Assembly (NCBI GenBank): GCA_049840735.1
Contig: JASGJN010000026.1
Location: 384,001-448,000 of the forward strand
DNA from: Anaeromyxobacter sp.
GTDB lineage: Bacteria > Myxococcota > Myxococcia > Myxococcales > Anaeromyxobacteraceae
Reading direction: 5' to 3'
Length of the DNA stretch: 64,000 bases
Numbering within the stretch: position 1 is the first letter of the stretch; every line of letters starts with the position of its first letter. Both the position numbers and the translations under genes were made by a program. Positions 46,567 through 57,545 of this stretch are shown piece after piece. Below the pieces are notes generated by a model. The model was not told the origin of the DNA. It made no database searches and saw only the letters and a list, made by a program, of their open reading frames with translations.

Positions 46567-47025
46567 ATGAAGATCGTCGAGTTCCTCCGGCCCGAGGGCG
46601 TCATCGCAGACCTGTCCGGCCAGACCGGGCAGGCCGTGCTGGCGGAGCTCTGCCGCCCCCTGGCCGGCGGACCGCGCGCCGACGGGCAGCGGCTCCTCGA
46701 GACGCTCCTCGACCGCGAGAAGCTGGGCTCGACCGGCATCGGCGAGGGCGTCGCCATCCCGCACGGCAAGGTCCCCGGCCTGCCGGCCCTCACCGCCAGC
46801 TTCGGCCGCTCCGTGCCCGGGGTGGACTTCCGCGCCATCGACGGCAAGCCCACCTACCTGTTCTTCGCGCTCTTCGCGCCGGAGAACTCGGCCGGCGCGC
46901 ACCTCAAGGCGCTGGCCCGCATCAGCCGCATCTTCAAGAACCCCGCCTTCCGGGAGGCCATCCTCAAGGCCCCGGATGCGGCGGAGATCTACCGGCTGAT
47001 CGAGGGCGAGGACGCGAAGTACTGA
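46567..47025 (+). CDS. ptsN: PTS IIA (nitrogen-regulatory/fructose-type) component
   Basis: LLDREKLGSTGIGEGVAIPHGK, DFRAIDGKP, HLKALARISR. Confidence 0.93.
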   Translation: MKIVEFLRPEGVIADLSGQTGQAVLAELCRPLAGGPRADGQRLLETLLDREKLGSTGIGEGVAIPHGKVPGLPALTASFGRSVPGVDFRAIDGKPTYLFFALFAPENSAGAHLKALARISRIFKNPAFREAILKAPDAAEIYRLIEGEDAKY

Positions 47026-47144
47026 GCGGACGCCGGGCCGGGCGCCACCTCGGCCGGCCGCGTCACCTGCCGCACCCCTCGGCCTCGGCGTTTGGGCGTT
47101 GGCCCGCCGGCCCCGCCGTACGATGATGCGCCTCGGGAGGGGAC

Positions 47145-48026
47145 ATGAGCGCTGGCGTCCGGGTTGGTGTGGTGCTCCACGTGCTGGAGGATCAGCCGTG
47201 GTGCCTCCGCCTCATGCAGGACCTGCAGGGCCTGCTGGCGCACCGCGCCGACATCCACCTCGAGGTCTCCGACGGGGCGGCCGACGCCGAGCGCCAGCTG
47301 CACCTGGTGGAGGCCCACCTGGCCGCCCGGGTGGACGTGCTGATGGTCCTGCCCATCGACTCGGAGCGGCTGAAGCCGGTGCTCCGCGGCTACCGCGAGG
47401 CGGGCATCCCGGTCATCGTGCTCGACAACGAGGTGGACGACCCCTCGCTGTACCGCTCGCTCATCGTGGCCGACAACCGCCACTTCGGCCGGAAGATGGG
47501 CGAGTTCTTCCTGGAGGTGACCGGCGGCCGGGCGGAGCTGCTGGAGCTGCAGGGCATCGCCAGCACCAGCGCCGCGCGCGACCGGGGGCAGGGCTTCCGC
47601 GAGGCGCTGGCGGGCCAGCCCGGGGTGCGGATCGTCGAGAGCGTCACCGGCGACTGGCTGGCCGAGCGCGCCCGCGAGCAGGTGGCCGCGGCCCTGCCGC
47701 GCCACCCCGGCCTGGACGGCGTCTACGCCCAGAACGACGAGATGGCGCGCGGGGCCTGGGACGCCGCGGCCGCGGCCGGGCGCGCGGACGAGCTGCTCAT
47801 CACCGGCATCGACGCGCTCCGCGGCGAGCACGGGCTGGGGCTGGTGATGCAGGGGCGGCTCGCCGCCACCATGATCAACCCCTCCCCGGCGGGCGCCGCC
47901 GCGGAGGCGCTGCTGGCCATCCTGCGCGGGGAGGCCCCGCTCAAGAAGACCCTGCTCCAGACCTCGCTGCTCCGGTCCAACGAGCGCGTGCGCGAGTGGC
48001 AGCGGGCGCGGCGGCGGTCGGCCTGA
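47145..48026 (+). CDS. Sugar-binding (ribose/LacI-like) substrate-binding domain protein, no evident signal peptide
   Basis: AGIPVIVLD, ADNRHFGR, DRGQGF, VYAQNDEMARGA, ITGIDA. Confidence 0.82.
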   Translation: MSAGVRVGVVLHVLEDQPWCLRLMQDLQGLLAHRADIHLEVSDGAADAERQLHLVEAHLAARVDVLMVLPIDSERLKPVLRGYREAGIPVIVLDNEVDDPSLYRSLIVADNRHFGRKMGEFFLEVTGGRAELLELQGIASTSAARDRGQGFREALAGQPGVRIVESVTGDWLAERAREQVAAALPRHPGLDGVYAQNDEMARGAWDAAAAAGRADELLITGIDALRGEHGLGLVMQGRLAATMINPSPAGAAAEALLAILRGEAPLKKTLLQTSLLRSNERVREWQRARRRSA

Positions 48027-48140
48027 GGGCCGGCCTCCCGCGCGATCCCCGCTGACACCTGGGCCCGTTCTCCCACCTTCGCGCTTCCCCGGATCCTGGG
48101 ACCTGGCCGGCCCTCGATCCCGACGCGGCCTGGTGACACC

Positions 48141-48866
48141 ATGGGTCGCATGGAACTGCGCGTCCCGGCCACGCTCCGCACGCCCGCACTCCTGGCCGCG
48201 CTGCTGCTGGCCGCCGGCTGCGGCCGCGCCGTCCGCACCTCCCCGCCGGCCGAGGCCAAGCCGGCCGTCCGCGCCGTCTTCTTCGGCTCCAGCACCGTGG
48301 CCGGCACCGGCGCCACGCGCCCCGAGCGCACCTGGACCGCGCGGCTCGCCCAGGAGCTGCGCTGGACCGAGCTGAACCTGGGGCTGCCCGGCTCGCGCCT
48401 CACGCAGCGCCCGGCCCGCATCCCCTCCGGCGAGCAGCGCTGGCCCGAGGTGGTGGCCGCCCGGCCGGACGTGGTGGTGCTGATGTACGGGGCCAACGAC
48501 GTGGACGGGAACGTGCCGCTGGGCGAGCCCGGGACGCCCGGCACCTTCCGCCACGCCGCCGCCCAGGTGCTCGGCCAGCTGCACCGCGCGCTGCCCAGGA
48601 CCGTGCTGGTGGTCTGCTCGCCCCAGCCCGCCCGCGCGCTGGAGGAGAAGCGCGGCCCGTACGACCAGGCCCTGGCCGAGGCCGCCGCCGCCGTGGGCGC
48701 CCTCTACGTCCCCGGCGACCAGGCCTTCCCGTCCGCCCGGCTGGACGCGCTGGCCCGCGATCGCCTGCACCTGAACGACGCCGGCCACGCCGAGCTGGCC
48801 CGCTTCGTGGCCGCGCGGCTCCACGCGGCCAACGTGGCGGCGCAGGGGGGGCGCTCACCGCGGTGA
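48141..48866 (+). CDS. SGNH/GDSL hydrolase-family lipoprotein
   Basis: Lipobox LAAGC; FFGSSTVAG, NLGLPG, MYGAND, DRLHLNDAGH. Confidence 0.85.
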   Translation: MGRMELRVPATLRTPALLAALLLAAGCGRAVRTSPPAEAKPAVRAVFFGSSTVAGTGATRPERTWTARLAQELRWTELNLGLPGSRLTQRPARIPSGEQRWPEVVAARPDVVVLMYGANDVDGNVPLGEPGTPGTFRHAAAQVLGQLHRALPRTVLVVCSPQPARALEEKRGPYDQALAEAAAAVGALYVPGDQAFPSARLDALARDRLHLNDAGHAELARFVAARLHAANVAAQGGRSPR

Positions 48867-48873
48867 CGTGAGC

Positions 48874-49450
48874 GGGGCGCAGCCCCGGATATCTGCCGCA
48901 GCGCTGCCCGCTGCCCGCGGCCCGCAGGGTGGGGGCCCCAGCGTAGCTGGGGGAGGGGCGCAGCCCCTCGACGCTGGGTGCCGCGCAAGGGCCCAGTCCT
49001 CTTTGCTGGAAGATCCGGGCCCGCAGCGCGGCGGGACCCAGCGCAGCAGGGGTGGGGCCCCGACGGCTCTGCCGGCGGGGCGGGGGCGCAGCCCCCGATA
49101 TCTGCCGCAGCGCAGCCCCTCGACGCTGGGTGCCGCGCAAGGGCCCAGTCCTCTTTGCTGGAAGATCCGGGCCCGCAGCGCGGCGGGACCCAGCGCAGCA
49201 GGGGTGGGGCCCCGACGGCTCTGCCGGCGGGGCGGGGGCGCAGCCCCGGATATCTGCCGCAGCGCTGCCCGCGGCCCGCAGGGTGGGGGCCCCAGCGCAG
49301 CTGGGGGAGGGGCGCAGCCCCTCGACGCTGGGTGCCGCGCAAGGGCCCAGTCCTCTTTGCTGGAAGATCCGGGCCCGCAGCGCGGCGGGACCCAGCGCAG
49401 CAGGGGTGGGGCCCCGACGGCTCTGCCGGCGGGGCGGGGGCGCAGCCCCC
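48874..49450. repeat. Composite tandem repeat of GGGGCGCAGCCCC-delimited modules (A-B-A'-B-A-B)
   Basis: Module B (TCGACGCTGGGTGCCGCGCAAGGGCCCAGTCCTCTTTGCTGGAAGATCC...) starts at 48968, 49120, 49322 (periods 152 and 202); lies between convergent genes. Confidence 0.92.
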
Positions 49451-49454
49451 GTTT

Positions 49455-50156
49455 CTAATGATTCACGAAGTGGAACAGCCGGTCCCAGCGGAGCCCCTTG
49501 TCGCCCCACGAGACCAGCGCGATCCAGGCGCGCCCCTTGATGCGCCCCACCGGCACCGGGCCGAAGTAGCGGCTGTCGAAGGACTTGTCGCGGTGGTCGC
49601 CGGCCAGGAAGACCGTGCCCTCCGGGACGACGAACGGGTTGACGTCGTCGCCGCAGTGGCCGTCGAGCGAGGGCTCGCAGTAGGTGTGGTAGCGGTGCCC
49701 GTCCAGCGTCTCGAGGTGGTCGGCGCAGCGCTCCTCCTCCCAGGGGCCGTCCTCGGACCTGGTCATGTAGGTGCAGCGCTCGTCCGGCACCGCCTCGCGC
49801 GGCACCGGCGTGCCGTTGACGCTCAGGTGGCCGGAGCGGATGGCCACCGTGTCGCCGCCGACCGCCACCACGCGCTTGATCAGGTCGTCCTTGCGCCGGT
49901 TCTGCTCCGGCGCCAGCAGCACCACGATGTCGCCGCGCCTGGGCGAGGACCACATGGCCTGCGCCGTCGAGGTGAAGGGGAGGCGGGCGCCGTAGGCCCA
50001 CTTCTGGACCACCACGTAGTCCCCAATCTGCAGGGTGGGGATCATCGAGCCCGAGGGGATGTAGACCGCCTCGAAGAGGAACGTCCGGAAGGCCAGGACC
50101 GCGAGGATGGTGAGCGCCCAGCCCCGGATCTCCTTGACCAGCTTCGCTCTGTCCAC
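49455..50156 (-). CDS. lepB: Signal peptidase I
   Basis: YIPSGSMIPTL, LIKRVVAVGGD, GDHRDKSFDSRYFG. Confidence 0.93.
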   Translation of the reverse strand: MDRAKLVKEIRGWALTILAVLAFRTFLFEAVYIPSGSMIPTLQIGDYVVVQKWAYGARLPFTSTAQAMWSSPRRGDIVVLLAPEQNRRKDDLIKRVVAVGGDTVAIRSGHLSVNGTPVPREAVPDERCTYMTRSEDGPWEEERCADHLETLDGHRYHTYCEPSLDGHCGDDVNPFVVPEGTVFLAGDHRDKSFDSRYFGPVPVGRIKGRAWIALVSWGDKGLRWDRLFHFVNH

Positions 50157-50172
50157 GCGCCCCGCCTCGGCT

Positions 50173-51409
50173 CTATTCGGTCCGCATCGCCTCGACCGGG
50201 TCGAGCCGCGACGCACGCGCGGCGGGGTAGATGCCGAAGAGGAGGCCTGCCCCGCCGCTGGTGACGAGGGAGACTATCACCGCCCAGGCCGGCACGCTCG
50301 CCGGAATGTCGAAGACCTCCCGCGCCGCCACCGCCAGCCCTGCCCCGGTGAGCACGCCCGCGAGGCCACCCAGGGCCGCCAGCGTCACCGACTCGACCAG
50401 GAACTGGGACAGGATGCGCCGGCGCCGGGCGCCCAGCGCCATGCGGATGCCGATCTCGCGGGTCCGCTCGGTGACCGAGACCAGCATGATGTTCATGATG
50501 CCGATGCCGCCCACCAGCAGCGCCAGCGCGCACACGCCGAAGGCGGCCGAGCCCACCACGCGGGCCAGGTTGTCGAGCAGCTCGCCCGCGGTCTCGTTGG
50601 AGAACATGTCGAAGTCGTTCTCCTCGTGCGGCTGGAGCCCGCGCATCCGCCGCAGCGCGCCGATGACCTCCTCCTGCGCCTTGGCCGAGTCCTCCGGCCG
50701 GGTGGCCACGATGGCGATGTTGGTGTTGCGCTGCTTGCCGATGACGATGTCGTAGACCGTCCACGGGATGACCGCGAAGCCGTCCTTGGACTGGCCCAGG
50801 ATCGAGCCCTGCCGCTGCGCCACGCCCACGACCTGGAAGCGCGCGCCGCGGATGCGGAATCTCCTGGCCCAGCGGGTCCTGCTTCGGGAACAGGATGTCC
50901 GCCACGTCGGCGCCGATGAAGACCACCCGGCGTCCCAGCTGGACGTCGCTCTGGGTGATGAAGCGGCCCTGGCCGACGGTCACGCCGTTCGCGTCGGCGT
51001 AGTCCGGCAGGCCGCCGCAGAGCGTGATGTCGTTCTTGGTGGACTTCTCCGGCGTGGAGAGGGTGACCAGGCCGTTGCCGTGCTCGTACTCCTCGATCGA
51101 GACCTGGGAGACGTGGGGCAGGTCGCGCAGCCCCTCGCCCTGCTCGCGGGTCAGGTCCGGCCGGCGCTCGTACTTGCGGTTGTCGTGGGGGCCGAACTGC
51201 ATGGCCGGCCACTTCTGCACCTGGAACGCGCCCGCCCCCAGCGCGGAGAAGTCCGAGTTCATCTTGAGGCGCAGCCCCTCGACGCCGGACATCATGGCCA
51301 CCACCGCGGCAGAGCCGATGATGATGCCGACCAGGGTCAGCACCGAGCGGAGCACGTTGGTCCGCAGGGTGTTCAGCGCCATCGCGATGGTGTCGAGCAG
51401 GCTGGTCAT
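50173..51409 (-). CDS. MacB/FtsX-like ABC transporter permease (frameshift ~50859)
   Basis: [63 protein letters not shown]. Confidence 0.92.
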
Positions 51410-52671
51410 TCGTACCTCAGGGCCTCGACCGGATCGAGCTGCGCCGCGCGCCAGGCCGGCCAGGCGCCGAAGAGCAGCCCCACGAAGGCGGAGAAGCCCA
51501 GCCCCAGCGCCACCGCCGAGGGCGTGACCGCCGCCGCCAGCGGGGTGAGCAGCGAGACCAGCTGGGCGATCCCCAGCCCCAGCGCCGTGCCGATGGCGCC
51601 GCCCAGCGCCGCCACCAGCGAGGACTCGATCAGGAACTGGAGCAGGATGGTCAGGCGCCGGGCGCCCAGCGCGCGGCGGACGCCGATCTCGCGGGTCCGC
51701 TCGGTGACCGAGACCAGCATGATGTTCATGATCCCGATGCCGCCCACGAAGAGCGTGATGGAGCCCACGAAGAGGGCGATGCCGTAGAGGGCGCCGGTGA
51801 GCTGGTTGTAGATGCGCAGGAACTGCTCCTGGCGGTTGAGCGCGAAGTCGTCCTTCTTCTCCGGCGGCACCTGCCGGACCCGCCGCAGGATCCCCACCAG
51901 CTGGTCCTCCAGCGCGTCCAGGTCCTCCGGCGCGGCCGCGACCGCCAGGTTGATGGAGCGCTTGGCGCCCAGGTCGCGCATGAAGGTGGTCCAGGGGACG
52001 AGGACGTTGGAGTCCATGTCCATGCCCAGCAGCTTCCCGCGCCGCGCCATGGTGCCGATCACGGTGAAGACCCGGCCCTCGACCACCACGCGCTGCCCCA
52101 CGATCTGCTCGGGCGGCACGCCGGGGAAGAGCCGCTGGGCCACGCCGAAGCCCAGCACCACCGTGTTGCGCGAGAGGTCGACGTCGGTCTCGCTCAGGAA
52201 CCGCCCGGCCGACACCGAGCCCGAGCCGGTGTCCAGGTAGCGGGCGTTGGTGCCCTGGATGGAGACGCTCGAGACCTCCAGGTCGAGCCGCTTCACCGAG
52301 CCGCGCGACATCACCTGGGGCGCGATGGCGGTGGCCAGGAAGGCCTCCTTCTCCACCGCCGCCAGCTCCTTCTTGCCCAGGTCCTTCCGGTTGCGCATCT
52401 CCCACCACTCGCCCCGGCCTTGCGTGAACCAGGCGAACTTGGAGACGTAGACGGTGTGCGCGCCCAGGTTGGCGATCTGCGACTCGAAGGAGGCGTTGAG
52501 CCCCTGGATGATGGCCACGATGGCGATCACCGTCATCACGCCGATGACGATGCCCAGCGTGGTGAGGAAGGTGCGCAGCCGCGCCCCAACCAGCGCCTGG
52601 AGCGCGATGCGGACGTTCTCCGCCACCTCGGCGGTGACGCGGAGGACGCCGTGGCGCAGCCGGCCGCTCAT
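51406..52671 (-). CDS. MacB/FtsX-like ABC transporter permease
   Basis: [52 protein letters not shown]. Confidence 0.93.
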   Translation of the reverse strand: MSGRLRHGVLRVTAEVAENVRIALQALVGARLRTFLTTLGIVIGVMTVIAIVAIIQGLNASFESQIANLGAHTVYVSKFAWFTQGRGEWWEMRNRKDLGKKELAAVEKEAFLATAIAPQVMSRGSVKRLDLEVSSVSIQGTNARYLDTGSGSVSAGRFLSETDVDLSRNTVVLGFGVAQRLFPGVPPEQIVGQRVVVEGRVFTVIGTMARRGKLLGMDMDSNVLVPWTTFMRDLGAKRSINLAVAAAPEDLDALEDQLVGILRRVRQVPPEKKDDFALNRQEQFLRIYNQLTGALYGIALFVGSITLFVGGIGIMNIMLVSVTERTREIGVRRALGARRLTILLQFLIESSLVAALGGAIGTALGLGIAQLVSLLTPLAAAVTPSAVALGLGFSAFVGLLFGAWPAWRAAQLDPVEALRYE

Positions 52672-53402
52672 GCGTGCACCGCGCGCGGGGAGGCGCCCAG
52701 CGCGGCGATCTCGGCGCCCGGCCCGTCGCCCACCACCTGGCCGTCGGAGAGCCGGATGGCCCGCGGGCAGCGCGCCGCCAGCTTCGGCTCGTGGGTGACG
52801 AGGATGATGGTGTGGCCGCGGGCGTGCAGCTCGCCGAAGAGCCGGATGATCTCCTCGCCGGTGGCCGAGTCCAGGTTGCCGGTGGGCTCGTCGGCCAGGA
52901 GGATGGAGGGGTCGCCCACCAGCGCGCGGGCGATGGCCACGCGCTGCCGCTGGCCGCCGGAGAGCTCGTTGGGCCGGTGGGTCATGCGGTGCGCCAGCCC
53001 CACCGCGCGCAGCGCCTCCTCGGCGCGGGCCCGCCGCTCGCGCCGGGACATGCCGCGGTACACCAGCGGCAGCTCCACGTTCTGCAGCGCCGTGGCGCGC
53101 GGCAGCAGCTGGAAGGTCTGGAAGACGAAGCCGATCTCCTTGTTGCGCAGGTCGGCCAGCGCGTCGTCGGAGAGCCCCTCCACGTCGGAGCCGTTGAGCC
53201 GGTAGACGCCGGCGCTGGGCGTGTCCAGGCAGCCCAGCAGGTTCATCAGCGTGGACTTGCCCGAGCCGGACTGGCCGATGATGGCCACCCACTCGCCGCG
53301 CTCGATGCGGAAGGAGACGCCGTCGAGGGCGCGGACCGTCTCGCCGCCCACCACGTAGTGGCGGTGCAGCTCGTCCACCACGATCAGGGACTCGTCCGTC
53401 AC
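52668..53402 (-). CDS. ABC transporter ATP-binding protein (MacB/LolD-like)
   Basis: [38 protein letters not shown]. Confidence 0.96.
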   Translation of the reverse strand: MTDESLIVVDELHRHYVVGGETVRALDGVSFRIERGEWVAIIGQSGSGKSTLMNLLGCLDTPSAGVYRLNGSDVEGLSDDALADLRNKEIGFVFQTFQLLPRATALQNVELPLVYRGMSRRERRARAEEALRAVGLAHRMTHRPNELSGGQRQRVAIARALVGDPSILLADEPTGNLDSATGEEIIRLFGELHARGHTIILVTHEPKLAARCPRAIRLSDGQVVGDGPGAEIAALGASPRAVHA

Positions 53403-53406
53403 GGTC

Positions 53407-54792
53407 CTACCCCTTCCCGCCCGCCGCGGCGCCCTTGCCGCCCAGCGGCTCGTCCTTGACCGGCTTGCCGTCGGCCAGCTCGCGGGAGAGGACCCGGTAC
53501 GGCCCCTCCACCACCTTGTCGCCCTCGGCCAGGCCGGCGGTGATCTCGATCTCCGTCTCGCTGGCCAGGCCGGTCTCGACCGCGCGGATCTTCGCGACGC
53601 CGTCCTGCACCACGAAGACCACCTTCTTGAGCGGGTCGCGCACCGGCTTCTTGCCCGACCCGGCCTGCTCGCCCTCGGGCTGCGGCAGCGGGCGCTCCTG
53701 CGGCCCCGGCCCGCCGCCCTTGACCTCCTTCTCCGGGCGGACCGTCACCGCCTGGATGGGCACCACGATCGCGCCCTCGCGCGTGTCGGTGGCGATCGAG
53801 GCCTGGGCGCTCATGCCCGGCAGCGCGTTGGCGACCGACTCGTCGAGCGAGAGGCGGACGAAGAAGGTGGTGACCTCGCCCTCCGTCCCCTGGTTCTTTA
53901 CGGTGGCGTTGCGCGCCACCTCCACCACGGTGGCCTTGAACTTCTGGTCCGGGAAGGCGTCGATCTCCACCTCGGCGGGATCGCCCTCCTTCACGTAGAC
54001 CACCTCGTGCTCGCCCACCTCGATCTTGGCCTCCATCTTGGAGAGGGTCGAGATGATCAGCACCACGTCCTCGGAGAGGTCGGAGCCGCGGACGCGCTCG
54101 CCCACCTGCTTCTCGCGCTTGGTGATGACGCCGTCGATGGGTGAGCTGAGCGTGGTGAGCGAGAGGTTGTGGCGCGCCTCGGAGAGGAGCGCGTCGGCCT
54201 GGGCCACGCGGTCCACGGCGGCCTGGAGGCGGGCCTGCTCGGCGGCCAGGTTGGCCCTGGCCGTGTCCAGCTCGGCCGCGGAGGCGTTCTCGGTCGCGTG
54301 CAGCCGCTCCACCCGCTTCAGCTCCTGGCCGGCCTGGTCCACCTTGACCCGCTGGACGCTCACGTCGGCGGCGGCGCTGGCGCGGTTGGCCTCCTGCTGC
54401 GCCACCTGGGCGGAGTAGCGCCGGGCGTCGATCCGGCCCAGCACCTGCCCCTTCGTCACGCGCTCACCCTCGTGCGCGTCCAGCTCCAGCAGGTCGCCGG
54501 AGACGTTGGCCGAGAGCTTCACCTCGGTCGCCGCCTGGAGCTTGCCGGCCGCGGTCACGACGCGGGTGATGGGCCCCTTGCGCGCCGCCGCCAGCTGCAC
54601 GCCGGTGGGCGGCTGCGGGCGCGGGCGCAGCGAGGCGGCGGTGATGGCCGCCACCAGCAGCACGAACAGCGTGACGAGCACGCGCCGGGTCCAGCTCATC
54701 TTCACGGCGGGCACCACGGGGGCCAGGGTCGGTCCGGTCTCGCCGGGGCGCGGCTCGGGAGTGGTCATGGGGATCGGGTTCTGCGTGGCCAT
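53407..54792 (-). CDS. Efflux periplasmic adaptor subunit (MacA/YknX-like)
   Basis: N-terminal [12 protein letters not shown]; alpha-hairpin; [21 protein letters not shown]. Confidence 0.92.
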   Translation of the reverse strand: MATQNPIPMTTPEPRPGETGPTLAPVVPAVKMSWTRRVLVTLFVLLVAAITAASLRPRPQPPTGVQLAAARKGPITRVVTAAGKLQAATEVKLSANVSGDLLELDAHEGERVTKGQVLGRIDARRYSAQVAQQEANRASAAADVSVQRVKVDQAGQELKRVERLHATENASAAELDTARANLAAEQARLQAAVDRVAQADALLSEARHNLSLTTLSSPIDGVITKREKQVGERVRGSDLSEDVVLIISTLSKMEAKIEVGEHEVVYVKEGDPAEVEIDAFPDQKFKATVVEVARNATVKNQGTEGEVTTFFVRLSLDESVANALPGMSAQASIATDTREGAIVVPIQAVTVRPEKEVKGGGPGPQERPLPQPEGEQAGSGKKPVRDPLKKVVFVVQDGVAKIRAVETGLASETEIEITAGLAEGDKVVEGPYRVLSRELADGKPVKDEPLGGKGAAAGGKG

Positions 54793-56166
54793 CTAGAGGG
54801 CTCCTCCCACCGCGCGGACCAGGTCGGCCGAGGCGACGGCGAAATCGATGCGGGACTGGACCAGGGCCAGCTCGGCCTGGGCGAGCTTGAGGTTGGCGTC
54901 GCGGATCTCCAGCTGGCTGGCGAGGCCGGCCGCGAACCGCTGCGTGGCGAGGTCGAGCGCGCTGCGCGAGAGCCTGAGCGCCTCCTCGGAGAGCGTCACC
55001 TGCGCGGCCAGCGAGACCACCGAGGCGCGGGCGTCGGCCACCTCCTTGGCGACCGCCTCCACCGAGGCCTGCTGCAGCGCCTGGTTGCGCGCCAGGTTCC
55101 CCTCGGCGCGCGTCACCTGCGAGCGCGTGCGCATGCCCTCGAAGAGGTTCCAGGACAGCGCCACGCCCACCGAGGCGGAGTAGGCCTTGGTCGGATCGCC
55201 CAGCACGCCCTCCACGCCGGAGAGGTCCTGCCCGGAGCGGCCGTAGGTGCCGCGCGCCGTCAGCGCCGGCAGGTAGCCGCCCTTGGCGGAGGAGATCGAG
55301 GAGCGCGAGGCGGCCAGGGCCTCCTCGCCGGCGGCCAGCGTGGGCCGCCGCTCGCGGGCCCGGGCCTGGAGCTGGTCGAGCGGCGGCGGGGCGCTGGCGG
55401 TGAGGGTGGCCGCGTCCAGCCCGGGCGGCGGCGCCGCCGAGAGCTCCTCGGCGCCGGTCCGGCCCAGCGCCTGCGCCAGCGAGGTGCGGGCCTGCGCCAC
55501 GCGCACCCGCTGCGCCTCCACGTTGATGAGGTCGTTCTGGAGGTTGACGCGGGCGGTGAGCGTGTCGCTCTTGGGCGAGCGGCCGGCGGAGAAGAGCGCC
55601 TCGGCGCGATCGACCAGCTCGCGCGAGCGGTCGGCGGTCTGCTGCAGCACCGCCAGGCTCCGCTCGGCGCGGAGCAGCGCGTAGAAGCGCTGGGTCACGT
55701 CGAAGGAGACGGTGAGCGCGGCCTCGTCGTAGAGCCGCTCGCCCTGCCGCTTGCCGTGGTTGGCGGCGTCCAGGTCCTTGAAGGCGGACCAGTCGAACAG
55801 CACCTGCGACGCCGTCAGGTCGGCGCTGTAGGAGCCGACGTTGGTGGCGTCCGAGCCGCCCACCAGCACCGGCTGCCCGGTCACCGGGTCGATCACGCTG
55901 CGGCCGCGGGTGGCGCCGGCGAAGGAGCGGCCGGCGGCGGCGGAGAGGTCGAGGCGGGGCAGCACCGCGGCGCGCGCGGTGGTGCGATCGGCCTCGGCGA
56001 GCGTCACGTCGGCGCGGGCCCGCAGCAGGTCGGCGTTGGCCTTCTCGGCCTCGCCCAGCGCCTGCTCCAGCGTGAGCGTGGCGGGTGCAGCGGGTGCGGC
56101 GGGCTCCTGCGCCAGGGCGGGCGCGGCGGCGGCGACGAGGAGGAGGGCGGCGATGGGTGTGCGCAT
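54793..56166 (-). CDS. TolC-family outer membrane protein
   Basis: Signal peptide; LTLEQAL, LPRLDL, LSWNLFEG, RFAAGLASQLE. Confidence 0.92.
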   Translation of the reverse strand: MRTPIAALLLVAAAAPALAQEPAAPAAPATLTLEQALGEAEKANADLLRARADVTLAEADRTTARAAVLPRLDLSAAAGRSFAGATRGRSVIDPVTGQPVLVGGSDATNVGSYSADLTASQVLFDWSAFKDLDAANHGKRQGERLYDEAALTVSFDVTQRFYALLRAERSLAVLQQTADRSRELVDRAEALFSAGRSPKSDTLTARVNLQNDLINVEAQRVRVAQARTSLAQALGRTGAEELSAAPPPGLDAATLTASAPPPLDQLQARARERRPTLAAGEEALAASRSSISSAKGGYLPALTARGTYGRSGQDLSGVEGVLGDPTKAYSASVGVALSWNLFEGMRTRSQVTRAEGNLARNQALQQASVEAVAKEVADARASVVSLAAQVTLSEEALRLSRSALDLATQRFAAGLASQLEIRDANLKLAQAELALVQSRIDFAVASADLVRAVGGAL

Positions 56167-56184
56167 GGTGTCGGATCGAGGAGG

Positions 56185-56904
56185 CTAGTGGGGGCCAGGG
56201 CCGGGGCCGCCGGACATGAAGGCGGGACCGGCGACCCGGAACAGCGCGACGTAGCAGAGGAAGAGGACGAGCGTGGTGACGACGGCGCGGGTGCGCGAGG
56301 TGCCGGCGGCGCGCGCCATGCCCAGCGCCATGAGCCCCAGCGCCCACAGGTTGAAGACGTCCACCGCCAGCAGCGCGCCCTCGAGCTCGTGCGGCGCGCC
56401 CGGCGCGAGCGCGGCCAGGCTGGCGGGCACGAGCCCGGGGAGCTCCTCGAGCGGCAGCGGGCCGTGGAGCAGGGCCAGCGGGAGGTAGAGCAGGCCGCCC
56501 AGCCAGACCGGCACCAGCGCGTGCGCGGAGACGGCGAAGCTGGCGCGAAGGGTGGGGCTGGCCCCGGCCGCGCGGAAGCCGAGGAACAGGCCCAGCGCGA
56601 CCAGCCCGGCGCGCAGGGTGGGACCCACCAGCGCCCGGGCCCAGCCGAAGATCAGCCCCAGCTTGTGCGCGGTGATCGCGGCCTCCTCGCGCTCGAAGGC
56701 CGTCATGTCCGGCCCGCCGCCCGAGCCCATGCCGAAGTCGACGTGGGGCAGGACGAAGGCGGCGAAGAGCACTGCGGCCACGGTGGAGACGAGCAGCGCC
56801 GCGAAGGCGCGGCGGCGCGCGACCACGGTGGTCAGCGTCCGCTCCGGCGACGTGAGCGTGCGCAGGACGAGGGTGCCGTCGGCGGAGAGGTCGGAGGCGG
56901 TCAT
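56185..56904 (-). CDS. YIP1-family membrane protein (YknW-like)
   Basis: LTSPERT, about 5 TM helices, DVFNLW; first gene of the exporter operon. Confidence 0.75.
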   Translation of the reverse strand: MTASDLSADGTLVLRTLTSPERTLTTVVARRRAFAALLVSTVAAVLFAAFVLPHVDFGMGSGGGPDMTAFEREEAAITAHKLGLIFGWARALVGPTLRAGLVALGLFLGFRAAGASPTLRASFAVSAHALVPVWLGGLLYLPLALLHGPLPLEELPGLVPASLAALAPGAPHELEGALLAVDVFNLWALGLMALGMARAAGTSRTRAVVTTLVLFLCYVALFRVAGPAFMSGGPGPGPH

Positions 56905-56924
56905 GTCGTTGGCTCTGGGGCCCC

Positions 56925-56950
56925 TACGTGGGCGGGTGCCGGCTATTTCA
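56925..56950 (-). promoter_or_regulatory. Putative ECF-sigma promoter (SigW-like TGAAAt-N16-CGTA)
   Basis: Minus strand reads TGAAAT-agccggcacccgccca-CGTA, ending 20 nt before the ATG at 56904. Confidence 0.55.
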
Positions 56951-57545
56951 GGCCCGGCCGGCTGGCCGTCCCTGCAACACGGAGGGGCCGGGGCGATTCC
57001 TGTGACAATGCCGCAGGGTTGCCAGCGTGCCGCGGCCCTTCGGGGCCGCCGCCAGGCCGCCCCGTGCGCCCCTCCCCGCGAGCGCGCCCGCGGCCGCAGC
57101 GGGCGCTCAAGGATGGCGACACCTTACGCCGTCCGGGCGGAGCCCGAGTTGCCGGTTCGTGAAGGAATGTGAACGTGGACGGACGCGATCAGTGGACAGC
57201 GTCGAGCGTCCGCTCCAGGGCCGAGGGGCCGCCGCTCTGCTCCGGCCCGTCTCCGCGGAGCTTGGCGAGGGCGTGGTACGGCATCGAACCACCGAGGGCG
57301 AGGCGGGCGGGAAGATCCGCAGCCGCCCTCGCCCGCCTCGCCCACCGGTCGACCCCCATCGGCCCCCCCACCCCTCTCGGCCGCAAAGATCGGCACCGGC
57401 CGCGCGTGGGGCAACCGGCGGCGGTGTGCGGGGAGGACCGCGCCCGCGGCCCTCCGCGCGCCCGCCCGCCCAGCGCGCCTGCGGGCGCCCGCCCTCCCGC
57501 CCGCGCTCCGCGCGGCGGCGTACCACGCAGCGCGCCGACCGCCCG

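Noticed and set aside
48874..49450. Possible CRISPR array or coding ORFs in the second repeat
   Set aside because: No unique spacers. The ORFs across it are translations of the repeat with no protein-like features.
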